Part shown: piece by piece, positions 1-8,966 of the stretch | Numbering within the stretch: the stretch's first letter is position 1 | Layout: each line of letters begins with the position of its first letter | Origin: Isorropodon fossajaponicum endosymbiont JTNG4 | Lineage (GTDB): Bacteria; Pseudomonadota; Gammaproteobacteria; PS1; Pseudothioglobaceae | Assembly: GCF_016592615.1 (NCBI RefSeq) | Contig: NZ_AP013043.1 | Location: 1,230,001 to 1,262,000 of the forward strand | DNA: 32,000 nucleotides | Reading direction: 5' to 3' | Position numbers and translations under genes: made by a program | The notes under the pieces: model-generated | Database searches by the model: none | What the model saw: only the letters and a program-made list of their open reading frames with translations | What the model was told of the DNA's origin: nothing

Positions 1-714
1 ATCTTGGCCGGCTTTAATAGCAACTGAAGTTTGCCCATCAAAACTAGCAATCGCGCCATCATCTGAATCTTTCACTTGAATCACCACCTCACTATCACCT
101 GGTACTAACAAAGGACGATGGCTCATGGTATGTGGACAAATTGATACCAAGCCAATAGCATTCACACCTGGGTGCATAATAGGGCCGCCACTGGACAACG
201 CATAAGCAGTTGATCCTGTTGGCGTGGTAATAATCAAACCATCAGCACGTTGATTGTTGACAAATTTATCATCAATATAAACATCAAATTCAACCATTTT
301 TAAATGCTCTTTTCGATGAATAACTACATCGTTTAATGCCAAAAAGTTGTCTAATGTTTCGTTGTTCTGCTCTATTTGGCAAGACAGCAGACAGCGTTCC
401 TCTTTGGTGTATTCACCATTTAAAACCTCAGAAACGATATCAAACATGCTTGTTAATGGCACATCTGCCAAAAAGCCTAGCCACCCCAAATTAATGCCCA
501 AAATTGGAATATTGTTATCAACAAAACTGCGCGCTGTATTAAGCAACGAGCCATCACCACCCAAAACAATAATCAAATCCGCTTGCTGGGCAATGCTTTT
601 ATCGTCAAATACTACACCCACGCCTTTTTTTGATAAAAATTCATTCAACTCAATAGCTGTGCCTTCACTCACAGAATCGTTAGGTTTGGTAATAATGCCA
701 ATTGTGTTAAACAT
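1..714 (-). CDS. nadK: NAD kinase, N-terminal 238 codons (3' end runs off the window)
   Basis: Absent from the ORF track because there is no stop in the window. Reverse translation from the ATG at 714-712 gives MFNTIGIITKPNDSVSEG... and contains LIIVLGGDGSLL (GGDG) and PILGINLGWLGFLAD, both typical NAD kinase motifs. It is divergent from grpE, as in E. coli. Confidence 0.85.
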   Translation of the reverse strand, partial: MFNTIGIITKPNDSVSEGTAIELNEFLSKKGVGVVFDDKSIAQQADLIIVLGGDGSLLNTARSFVDNNIPILGINLGWLGFLADVPLTSMFDIVSEVLNGEYTKEERCLLSCQIEQNNETLDNFLALNDVVIHRKEHLKMVEFDVYIDDKFVNNQRADGLIITTPTGSTAYALSSGGPIMHPGVNAIGLVSICPHTMSHRPLLVPGDSEVVIQVKDSDDGAIASFDGQTSVAIKAGQD

Positions 715-732
715 ATTTGTTAATCATTAAGA

Positions 733-760
733 TTGAATTCTTTAAAATAGTCACCATATA
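733..760 (+). promoter_or_regulatory. Candidate sigma-32 (heat-shock) promoter for grpE
   Basis: TTGAAT (733-738) followed about 13 nt later by CACCATAT (752-759). This resembles the E. coli RpoH consensus CTTGAA-N13-15-CCCCATNT. It lies in the nadK-grpE divergent spacer about 80 nt upstream of the grpE ATG. Confidence 0.35.
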
Positions 761-837
761 ATCAAGCATCTTGTGGATAGTTTTGATTTTACCCGTAATC
801 AGCACTTCTAATAAATATACATGAATTAAGCAGCAAA

Positions 838-1389
838 ATGACAAAAAAGAAACCAGAAAATAAGAACCAAAAAAAAAAAGAGGATATTGAGGTCGCCATT
901 CAAGCCGCCTCACAAATGCCTAAAGAAGATGACTTGCAAGAACAGCTGATCCAAGCGCAACAGTCTGCTAAAGATAACTGGGGCAAACTTTTAAGGTCTC
1001 AAGCAGAAATGGAGAACCTCAAACGCCGCAATGCTAAAGACGTTGAAAATGCGCACAAGTTTGCACTGGATGGCTTTGTCAAAGCATTACTTGAGGTCAA
1101 AGACTCGTTAAGTATGGGCATTAAAACTGCACAAGAAGAAAAAGCCACTGTTAAGCATATTGTTGAAGGGCTAGAAATGACCAATAAAGTTTTTCTCTCA
1201 ACCTTAGAAAAATTTGGTGTAGAAATAATTAACCCAGAAGGTGAAACCTTTAACCCTGAATTACACGAAGCCGTTACCATGATACCCATGCTAGACAAAG
1301 ACTCAAATTCTGTTTTAGAAGTCATACAATTTGGCTTTACTTTAAATGGCCGCTTAGTTCGCCCAGCGATGGTGGTGGTGGTCCAATAG
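838..1389 (+). CDS. grpE: Nucleotide exchange factor GrpE
   Basis: 183-aa [33 protein letters not shown] and the C-terminal [23 protein letters not shown] are typical of GrpE. Confidence 0.95.
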   Translation: MTKKKPENKNQKKKEDIEVAIQAASQMPKEDDLQEQLIQAQQSAKDNWGKLLRSQAEMENLKRRNAKDVENAHKFALDGFVKALLEVKDSLSMGIKTAQEEKATVKHIVEGLEMTNKVFLSTLEKFGVEIINPEGETFNPELHEAVTMIPMLDKDSNSVLEVIQFGFTLNGRLVRPAMVVVVQ

Positions 1390-1934
1390 GCGATAAGTTT
1401 CTATAGCCCAAACACAAGTCTCCACTAACAAAGTGTAGGTAATAAGATGGCTTATTGCTCACATCAAGTTTATAACGTAGATTGGTTAAGCTGGTTACAA
1501 ATTTTGCTAGATACCGCCCATCTTGGTATTTATACCGCACTTAAATAAAGCATCCAGCCATGCTTATAATTTGAATTTACTTCTAATAAAATATTGTGGT
1601 TTCACGCGTACTATTTTATTTTTTATTACGTTGCCATATTCCCTATAACAACGGTTGTAAGCAACACCACCCTTTGTTTATTTCAACTTAAAGCGTTATA
1701 TGTCTAAATCTACTAGATAGTGGTAAATAAATTCGCCCTTATGCGGTGTCAATATTTAAGGTACAAAACACATCCCTAGGCAAATGTACAAATGTTTGTA
1801 GTGATACTGCTATGTAGACATTGTCTGTGTTTATTATTTTTTATCCAACACGCCTTTCTAATAAATTTAGAAAGGAAATATTGATATGAAATTTACAAGT
1901 TAGATCTAGAGATAAGCACTATAGAATGGTAAAA

Positions 1935-2532
1935 CTAATCAATCATTACAATACGGAAACCAACTTCATCTGATTTTTCAGACTTGTTGGGTATATACTG
2001 ATAATTTAAACCAACAAATTTCGCACTGATAGATTTCCAACTACCGCCTTTGGCAACCTTCTCTTGGGTACTTTCATCAATAACCCATTCCCAAACATAT
2101 CATACAACCCCCATGAGTTAGGGCTTAGAGATTTAACAGGTATTATAGACTCTGATTGATTGTTGCAATAATAAACATTTGCTTGGCTACAGATATTCTT
2201 CTTAACGCTAAGAGCATTAGCATTAGCTGCATACTTCCGGTGAATGGCCTTTGGCAACATATAGTGCTTTTGATGTTCTTTTGACATCCATTCAGCAAAA
2301 TCAACCGCCTCTTTTTGCCGGCTATAACATTAACAACAGGATTCTGTGCATTTTCAGTAATTGCCTCATCTGACTTTCCCATACTTAATAGAAATTTATT
2401 ATATTGAGCGTTGGTAACTTCACCGTCACTAGTATAAAAATCATCAACACACTCTTCATTCGCAGACAAAACACTCTCAGGTAAATCTTCATTTACAATG
2501 CATCCGCCAAAAATAGTTCTTACTACTCTCAA
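1935..2532 (-). pseudogene. Formylglycine-generating-enzyme (FGE/SUMF1) domain gene, broken by at least two frameshifts
   Basis: Three minus-strand frames together give FYTSDGEVTNAQYNKFL, NPVVNV..EAVDFAEWMSKEHQKHYMLPK..YAA, WGLYDMFGN, then EWVIDES..AKGGSWKS...DEVGFRIVMID-stop (stop at 1935-1937). These are the ordered conserved blocks of the FGE-sulfatase domain, but they are spread over ORFs 2143-2532, 2006-2287 and an unlisted third frame. Confidence 0.7.
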
Positions 2533-3005
2533 TCATATGACACGTTCAACTCTCTATCGACAGTTACCTCGAATTTTCTAAAATATTGTTTATTGCTTTC
2601 AATTATTTTGTCAACTTTTAGAGAATTAATCTTGTTAATCTTAATATCGTTCAAATCAATCCCTGCAATACCAACACTTCTTTGTCTAGTTAGCGAATCT
2701 GCATCTTTTGAGTCTAACAAATATGCCGTATAAGTTTTCTTAGGGTTTTTAATTTTAAAATTAACCGGCTTAATTTTTCCATCTAGATTCATCTTAATTA
2801 GAATTTTAGACTTACGTGCATCATTCTTAAAATTCTGCGCCTCACCACCAATGACAACAGGAACAACCACATCATAATAAACTGCATTATCCGAAGCAAC
2901 AATTCTGGCAGTAAAAACCTCTTTATCTGCATTGTATTTAACATTAATCAATCTTGGTGCGCCTAATATTTCATTAATAGCAGTATTTAAAAGTCTAGAA
3001 CGCAT
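2529..3005 (-). CDS. Hypothetical protein (the open frame continues without an ATG up to about 3165)
   Basis: 158-aa ORF with no recognisable motif. Its stop overlaps the TTG that opens the FGE-domain frame, so it may be the upstream part of one former multidomain gene. Confidence 0.3.
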   Translation of the reverse strand: MRSRLLNTAINEILGAPRLINVKYNADKEVFTARIVASDNAVYYDVVVPVVIGGEAQNFKNDARKSKILIKMNLDGKIKPVNFKIKNPKKTYTAYLLDSKDADSLTRQRSVGIAGIDLNDIKINKINSLKVDKIIESNKQYFRKFEVTVDRELNVSYD

Positions 3006-3186
3006 AGAGGCAACTTGCTCTTGTCGTCTTTTCTGCTCCCAGTGTATCTCGCTGTCATAAGACCTTATTGCCGTATTATAAACACCAACCTTATCGATAT
3101 AACTCTGTTTAATTGCATTTAATTTTTCTTGATAAATATTTTTTCTTTGTGCTAGCCTAATACGAAATTACTTCGTTGTTTCAAAC

Positions 3187-3564
3187 TCATCTTTGGCAAT
3201 AATTGCAGGCGAAAGAATAACTGGGTGGCTTTGGTTTTCTTAACTGAATAGGCGTCACTTCAGTTGGTCTAAGTAACCAGTCTTGAATGTAGTCTTCTAC
3301 GGACTTAAGTGCTAGATTAAAAGGCGTTTCTAAACGTTTTAGTAGTTTATTGGGAGGTTGGTGATAATTGGATATTTTTTGCAAGATATCCTCCGCCTTT
3401 TGAACCTCTCCAGAAGAAACGAACCGCTTTGCTTTATTATACATTCCAGCCAATTCTCCACTACTATATCTAACATGATCCAACTTCGATATAACAGTAG
3501 TTTTAACAGAGATTTTGACGATGCCGCTTTTAGATTGACACCCACTTGCTAATAAAATCAACAA
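3187..3564 (-). CDS. Putative lipoprotein, possibly frameshifted at the signal peptide
   Basis: The ORF begins (TTG) LILLASGCQS, a lipobox-like L-A-S-G-C. A better start (ATG at 3592-3590, MFKIVTFLCF...) lies in another frame, which suggests a frameshift inside the signal peptide. Confidence 0.35.
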   Translation of the reverse strand: MLILLASGCQSKSGIVKISVKTTVISKLDHVRYSSGELAGMYNKAKRFVSSGEVQKAEDILQKISNYHQPPNKLLKRLETPFNLALKSVEDYIQDWLLRPTEVTPIQLRKPKPPSYSFACNYCQR

Positions 3565-3675
3565 AGCATAAAAAAGTAACTATTTTAAACATATCTCTAT
3601 CCTTATTTTTTAAAAAAATTATTTAATCACGAATTTCATTTGCGATTCTAGAAAGATTTTTACACTAAAAAAACT

Positions 3676-4077
3676 CTAATAAGACAAACAATACAAATTG
3701 GAGCAAACTCCGAAGGCGCGATATTTATCATTTATTTTGTCATCTCTACTAACTGGCACTAAAATTTTACCCATTTTCTTATCAATTGTATATTTTAAAA
3801 AATATTTTTCTAAGTTGATATTATTTTTAGCACTATTTTCAATTGCAATATCAAGACTGCCATTTTGATTTAATAAGGAATAACCATGAAGCGCGCTTTC
3901 TAGATAATTCATACCCACTAAATGTTCAATTGAATTTGGCCAATGGCCAATATCATTAAAAAAATTCTGACTTGTTGCTGTGATATTTACAATATGATCA
4001 AATGTAGTTTCTGTAAAACTTCTTTGAAAAAAATCAACTTTAGAAAAGCCAATATTAGGAAAACTAAAAAGAGAAAT
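3676..4077 (-). pseudogene. 5'-truncated gene fragment, possibly type IV pilin-like, cut by IS-A copy 1
   Basis: This is the portion of ORF 3676-4191 outside the IS. FPNIGFSKVDFFQRSFTETTF...FFNDIGHWPNS...two C-terminal Cys loosely resembles the region after the N-terminal helix of type IV pilins. The first 38 residues of the listed ORF are encoded by the IS end, not by this gene. Confidence 0.3.
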
Positions 4078-4163
4078 TAAACCCAATAAACGCATCTGTA
4101 ATACCCCAAAAAACCACCATTCTAAAGTAGAAAATTCTATAATAAAAAATAAGGAGTTTTCAC

Positions 4164-4433
4164 ATGAAAAAATCAAGATATACAGAGTCATAAATAGTCA
4201 ACATACTCAAACAAAACCAATCAGGCATATCTGTGGCTGATCTATGCCGTGAATACGCAATGTCTCAAGCCACATTTTACAAATGGAGATCTAAATACGG
4301 TGATACAGATTTTGTCTCTATGGTTAAACGCTTAAAAGAGCTAGAATCAGAAAATGCTCAATTCAAGCGTATGTATGCTGAGAGTGAGTTGAAACTGCAA
4401 ATTACAAAGGATGCCTTAGCAAAAAAGTTCTAA
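4164..4433 (+). pseudogene. IS-A transposase OrfA (HTH), with an in-frame TAA at codon 10
   Basis: AAGGAG (4151-4156) then ATG 4164: MKKSRYTES-TAA(4191-4193)-IVNILKQNQSGISVADLCREYAMSQATFYKWRSKYG...LKELESENAQFKRM. This matches the IS407-group OrfA pattern (MKKSRFTEEQI...). The track ORF 4233-4433 is the post-stop part, opened by GTG. Confidence 0.75.
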
Positions 4434-4462
4434 AGCCATCCCAGTGGCGTGAGGATGGCTTT
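4421..4462 (+). promoter_or_regulatory. Programmed -1 frameshift signal: A AAA AAG heptamer plus a 10-bp stem-loop
   Basis: The heptamer at 4421-4427 is in the X XXY YYZ register of orfA. Stem AAAGCCATCC (4432-4441) pairs with GGATGGCTTT (4453-4462) around an 11-nt loop. Confidence 0.7.
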
Positions 4463-5234
4463 AAACATCAATGAACAAAATAAGAACACAAGTATCAAAC
4501 TTATTTACGAAGTTTGTAGCATTAGTAAAAGCACTTATTATTATCAACCAAAACTCAGTGATGACAATGCTTTAATTGCCGATTGTCTACTGCGCTTAAC
4601 CGCAACGCACAAGCGTTGGGGTTTTAAACTGTGCTATTTATATCTACGTAATGTTAAAGACTACAAATTTAACCATAAACGAGTGTATCGCATTTACCAA
4701 GAACTGGAGCTCAATCTAAGAATCAAGCCAAGAAGAAGAATCAAAAGAGATAAACCCGAAGCACTGAGTGTGCCAACAACTATTAACCAAACTTGGTCAA
4801 TGGATTTTATGTCAGACTCACTCACTGATGGCAGGCACATTAGAACTTTTAATGTTGTCGATGATTACAATCGGGAAGGCTTGAATATTGATGTGGACTT
4901 GTCCATGCCAGCAAGACGAGTTATTCAATCATTAGAACGTTTGATTCAGTGGCGTGGCAAGCCCAAGGCTATCAGATGTGATAATGGTCCTGAATACATT
5001 AGCCAAGCATTAAGAGACTGGGTACAAGCCTTAGGTATTGAGTTAATGTACATCCAACCAGGTAAGCCAACTCAAAATGCCTACATTGAGAGATTTAACC
5101 GTACAGTAAGACAAGAGTGTTTAGATCTGCATTTGTTTGATTCTGTTGAGCAAGCACAAGATGCAACCACACAGTGGTTATGGGTTTATAATAACGAACG
5201 ACCGCACTTTGCCCTAGGTGGCGTGATAAGATGA
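4449..5234 (+). CDS. IS-A transposase OrfB (DDE/RNase H fold)
   Basis: 261-aa ORF with WSMDFMSD, RCDNGPEY and NAYIERFNRTVRQE (D, D, E) and RPHFALGG. It is in the same frame as orfA (4449-4233=216), which is unexpected for this IS group. Confidence 0.85.
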   Translation: MRMALNINEQNKNTSIKLIYEVCSISKSTYYYQPKLSDDNALIADCLLRLTATHKRWGFKLCYLYLRNVKDYKFNHKRVYRIYQELELNLRIKPRRRIKRDKPEALSVPTTINQTWSMDFMSDSLTDGRHIRTFNVVDDYNREGLNIDVDLSMPARRVIQSLERLIQWRGKPKAIRCDNGPEYISQALRDWVQALGIELMYIQPGKPTQNAYIERFNRTVRQECLDLHLFDSVEQAQDATTQWLWVYNNERPHFALGGVIR

Positions 5235-5320
5235 CTAGCCTCTACTTTAGAGTTGTATGGAAAATTGGGGTATTACAAGTATAAAGTATACACATATTTA
5301 ATTTTATAGGTGGTAATAAT

Positions 5321-5696
5321 ATGCAAATGAGTACTATAGATACACAGAGTGTCGGTATTAGCGAAAGGATTAAATTAGCACGTAAAAAATTAGGTATATC
5401 TGGTGATAAGGTACCGTCAGCACCTGGGCTTTCTCGCTCAATTTGTAGTCAATGGGAGCGTGGTATATCTAATCCATCTACTGCACATTTAGGTAAATTG
5501 GCTAAAAGTTTTACTAGGGGTGTCATTTGCGTGGCTAGCAACTGGGGGTAGTAAAGTTGAAAAAGTGGATAAGGGAAAACAAATCAATCAAGAGGCATTA
5601 AGAAATCTTAAGCAAACTCAACTGCTTAAAATGACTGAGGAATTTAATAAAATGGATTTAGAACAGCAAGAAAAATTAGTGGATTTTTGCAAGTGA
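5321..5696 (+). pseudogene. XRE/Cro-C1-type HTH regulator, frameshifted near 5507-5513
   Basis: ORF 5321-5551 gives ERIKLARKKLGIS...GLSRSICSQWERGISNPSTAHLGKLAKS. The next frame continues LLGVSFAWLATGGSKVEKVDKG...EQQEKLVDFCK-stop (5694-5696). Together they form a complete phage-repressor-like HTH protein. AGGTGG lies upstream of the ATG. Confidence 0.65.
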
Positions 5697-5699
5697 CTA

Positions 5700-6881
5700 C
5701 TAAATATTAAATGGCGTATTACCTGAGGCTTGTTTTTGCAAGAAAGACTTTAAAGTCGGACTTTCGTTGATTAAATTCATGCCAAAGCCGCGTAGCCATC
5801 TAAGTGGTTCGTTATTTTCTTTATAAATCCAATTGAGTCCAGTCATGGTTTTTGCCATGAGCTCATTGTCCAATCTTTTGGCTCTAGCATATTTTCGTAA
5901 AACTAAATAATCGCCTAAAGGTTTATCATTAGTATGTAATTGTTTCGATAATTCTGAAACATCGGAAAAACCTAAATTAACGCCTTGACCTGCAAGGGGG
6001 TGAATATTATGCGCGGCATCACCGACTAATGCTAGATTATGTTTTACATAATCTTGTGCACTACGCTCAATGAGTGGAAAAGCTTGAATATTACTAACAA
6101 CTTTAAATCGACCAAATTTATATTCAACACCTTGGGCAAGCCTATCAGCGAACAGCTCAGCTGAAAGCTGCATAAGTTCATCAGCCAAATGATTTTCTGC
6201 CGACCAAACAATGGAGGCTTGGTGTTCGCTTAAAGGTAGTAAGGCAATAATACTGTCTGACAAAAAACGCTGCCAAGTTGTATTTTGAAAACTTTGTAAT
6301 GATTCGATATTGCAAACAATGGCCTTTTGCTGGTAATTGTTTTCATTAAATTCAATGCCTGCTAATTCTCTCACATGTGATTTAGCGCCATCTGCACCAA
6401 TCAATAAACTGCATGTTATTTTCTGGTTATTATCCAAATCAAGCTGGTAGCCATCATTAATCTTATGAATAGCAGTTAGTTTTGTACAAATAAATTCAAT
6501 ATGGGTTTTTTCTAGTGCTGTATACATTGCAGATTGTAAGGCATCGTTTTCAACGATATAGCCCAATTGATTAACACCCTCATCTTCTTTATGAAAATCT
6601 AAGCTACCATGAGAGTTTTGATCCCAAACATGCGTATCGGTAAACGCATATTTACGCTTAATTAACCCCCACACGCCAATATTTTTTAATAGTGTCTCTG
6701 ATTTAGGCGTAATTGCACTAACGCGTGTGTGGTACTTATCTTGCAATTTTGGATTGGGGTGATTAGGCTCAATAATAGTAATTTTTAAGCCTTTATTAAT
6801 CATAGATAGAGCAAATGCTTGCCCCACCATACCACCACCGATAATGGCGATACCGTATTGCAAATTGTTTTCAGGGTGCAT
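5700..6881 (-). CDS. FAD-dependent ubiquinone-biosynthesis hydroxylase (UbiH/UbiF/UbiI/COQ6 family)
   Basis: 393 aa. IAIIGGGMVGQAFAL (FAD-binding fold), GADGAKSHVRE and LVGDAAHNIHPLAGQGVNLGFSDV are signatures of this family. Confidence 0.9.
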   Translation of the reverse strand: MHPENNLQYGIAIIGGGMVGQAFALSMINKGLKITIIEPNHPNPKLQDKYHTRVSAITPKSETLLKNIGVWGLIKRKYAFTDTHVWDQNSHGSLDFHKEDEGVNQLGYIVENDALQSAMYTALEKTHIEFICTKLTAIHKINDGYQLDLDNNQKITCSLLIGADGAKSHVRELAGIEFNENNYQQKAIVCNIESLQSFQNTTWQRFLSDSIIALLPLSEHQASIVWSAENHLADELMQLSAELFADRLAQGVEYKFGRFKVVSNIQAFPLIERSAQDYVKHNLALVGDAAHNIHPLAGQGVNLGFSDVSELSKQLHTNDKPLGDYLVLRKYARAKRLDNELMAKTMTGLNWIYKENNEPLRWLRGFGMNLINESPTLKSFLQKQASGNTPFNI

Positions 6882-8200
6882 TACATCTCTCCTGCAATGG
6901 TCATCTGATTCACTAAAACAGAGCCAACTTTAATGTTACTACGGTGGTCAACATCTGAGCCAATACGTTCAACACCTAACAGCATTTCTTTAAGATTACC
7001 AGCAATTGTAATGCCTGACACTGGGTATTGAATTTTGCCATTATCCACCCAAAAACCTAAGGCACCACGGGAATAATCACCCGTTATGTCATTCACACCT
7101 TGCCCCATCAGCTCAGTTACCACTAAGCCCTGATGCATGTCCTTAATCATCTCATCAAGCCCACTTTCAAATCCATGTTCAATCATCACATTATTCACCC
7201 CACCTGCATTTGCCGTGGTTTTAAGACCTAGTTGATTGGCTGAGTATTGCCCCATGATATAACTTTGCACTCGACCATCTTTGACAAAATATTGCCGTCT
7301 TTTTAGTACGCCGTCTTGATCAAAGACCTTGGCACCAATGGTTTTTTTAACCAATGGGTTTTCTAATAAACTAATGCCACTGGGCATGACTTTTTGTTCA
7401 ATACTGCCTAATAAAAATGTTGATTTTTTATATTGACGAGCGCCACTTAATGCACCCATTAATTGTGAAAATAATCCGCCAGACAAGCGTGGCGTGAAAA
7501 TAACTGGGCATTTTTGCGATGTGAGCGACCTTGCACCCAGCTTGTTAATAGCTAGCTTTGCCGCTTTTTGACCCACTACTCCCGGTGATTCTAAATCATT
7601 ATTATCTAATGCCACTGTATATTCATAGGCCGTTTGCATATCCTTGTCTTGCTTAGCAATAACGGCGCAATGCAGTGAATGCTTGGCACTTTGTTGTGCT
7701 GCCATCATGCCGTGTGAATTTACATATAAACCTTTGCCTTGGAAACTTGATAGTTCAGCACCATCTGAGTTATCAATCTGCTTTTGGTCTAATGCTGCTG
7801 CTTCACAACGCATGGCCAGCTCAATACTATTACTTGAGTCTAAATCCCACGGGTAATACAAATCTAAATCAGGCGCATTAAATGCCATTAATTCTTTTGG
7901 TGCCAAGCCGTTAAATTCATCATTTTGTGTGTATTTAGCAATTAAACAAGCAGATTCAATGGTTTTACTAATGCCCTGTTTGCTCAAATCAACACTGGAT
8001 GCATGTCCTTTTTTATTGCCCATATAAACATTAATATCAAAGCTCTTATCTAGGTGATATTCTAAAGTTTCAACCTTGCCTAATCTAACAGCAGTAGAAA
8101 TGCCAGAACTTGAACTTAACGAAATTTCATAATCAGTAATATCATGCTTTTTTAATAAATCAATAGCAAGTTGTACGGTGTTTTCTAATGAGGATGACAT
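6881..8200 (-). CDS. pmbA: Metalloprotease PmbA/TldE
   Basis: The C-terminus GDYSRGALGFWVDNGKIQYPVSGITIAGNLKEML...GSVLVNQMTIAGE closely matches E. coli PmbA. I place the start at MSSSLENT (ATG 8200), which avoids overlap with the upstream gene. The track ORF starts at 8224. Confidence 0.9.
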   Translation of the reverse strand: MSSSLENTVQLAIDLLKKHDITDYEISLSSSSGISTAVRLGKVETLEYHLDKSFDINVYMGNKKGHASSVDLSKQGISKTIESACLIAKYTQNDEFNGLAPKELMAFNAPDLDLYYPWDLDSSNSIELAMRCEAAALDQKQIDNSDGAELSSFQGKGLYVNSHGMMAAQQSAKHSLHCAVIAKQDKDMQTAYEYTVALDNNDLESPGVVGQKAAKLAINKLGARSLTSQKCPVIFTPRLSGGLFSQLMGALSGARQYKKSTFLLGSIEQKVMPSGISLLENPLVKKTIGAKVFDQDGVLKRRQYFVKDGRVQSYIMGQYSANQLGLKTTANAGGVNNVMIEHGFESGLDEMIKDMHQGLVVTELMGQGVNDITGDYSRGALGFWVDNGKIQYPVSGITIAGNLKEMLLGVERIGSDVDHRSNIKVGSVLVNQMTIAGEM

Positions 8201-8207
8201 GATGAAA

Positions 8208-8966
8208 TTATACCAAATAATCAAAATTTGTAGACTTGGGGAAACTTATAGCACTATGTGAATGATTCATACGCATGCCGTCAAATATCATAGATTTAAT
8301 CGGTATCCATAATGCCATAATGCCTAATACGATAATCAACAAGCCAGATAAACGCCGCACCCAAGGTTTTTGAATTAAAAAACCCAACTGGGTAGATAGG
8401 CTTGCCATTAGCAACAAACTTGGCAATGTCCCTAGTCCAAATGCTAGCATAATTAAACCACCTTCAAGCATCGAGCCAGATAAAACAGTAAAACTAAGCG
8501 CACCATAAACCAAACCACAAGGAATACCACCCCATAATAAACCAGTAAAAAATGCACTTCTAAGATTTCTGATTGGCAAAAACCGTTGAGTTAATGGCTG
8601 TAATTTTACCCAAAGTTTAGCACCAAGTTTTTCCAATATTTGAATGCTGGATGACCAATTACCGATATATAGCCCCACCATAACCATCAACACACCTGAA
8701 AATATTCGTAAAACCTTATCAAACACACCCATTTGTAAGGTCTGTGCCAATAGCGTGCCAATTAAGCCAAAGACAGCCCCCATTAGCATATAGCTTAGAA
8801 TTCTACCAAGGTTATAATTTAGATGAAAAAGTGCCACTTTTTTTGGATTGGCTCTCACTTGTGGGTCAAGTCCAGCACTAAGCATACCTACCACACCACC
8901 ACACATGCCTAAACAATGCACACCGCCTAATAACCCCATTAAAAAAACACTAGTAAAAATATCCAT
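8208..8966 (-). CDS. Polytopic membrane protein with an HCxxMCGG motif (TauE/SafE or DsbD_2/UreH-like family)
   Basis: 252 aa and very hydrophobic. The N-terminal GLLGGVHCLGMCGGVVG is typical of this family. Confidence 0.75.
   Translation of the reverse strand: MDIFTSVFLMGLLGGVHCLGMCGGVVGMLSAGLDPQVRANPKKVALFHLNYNLGRILSYMLMGAVFGLIGTLLAQTLQMGVFDKVLRIFSGVLMVMVGLYIGNWSSSIQILEKLGAKLWVKLQPLTQRFLPIRNLRSAFFTGLLWGGIPCGLVYGALSFTVLSGSMLEGGLIMLAFGLGTLPSLLLMASLSTQLGFLIQKPWVRRLSGLLIIVLGIMALWIPIKSMIFDGMRMNHSHSAISFPKSTNFDYLV

Larger units (their letters stand above)
4078..5285 (+). mobile_element. IS3-family insertion sequence (IS407-group-like), copy 1 (called IS-A here)
   Basis: The unit recurs inverted at 21805-23012, with identical ORF translations and matching ends by eye. 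Terminal inverted repeat: TGTAATACCCCAA (4097-4109) and TTGGGGTATTACA (5265-5277), giving TG...CA ends. It has the orfA/orfB layout, an A AAA AAG slippery site and a DDE transposase. Confidence 0.9.

Noticed and set aside
1390-1935. Search for dnaK remnants, tRNA, tmRNA or other RNA genes in the grpE-downstream spacer. Also the small hairpin CCTTTCTA-N6-TAGAAAGG at about 1853-1875 and track ORF 1337-1540.
   Set aside because: No dnaK-like N-terminal coding sequence, cloverleaf-compatible segments or tmRNA/SRP hallmark strings were seen. The hairpin lacks a T-run, and the ORF has no recognisable motif and overlaps the grpE 3' end.
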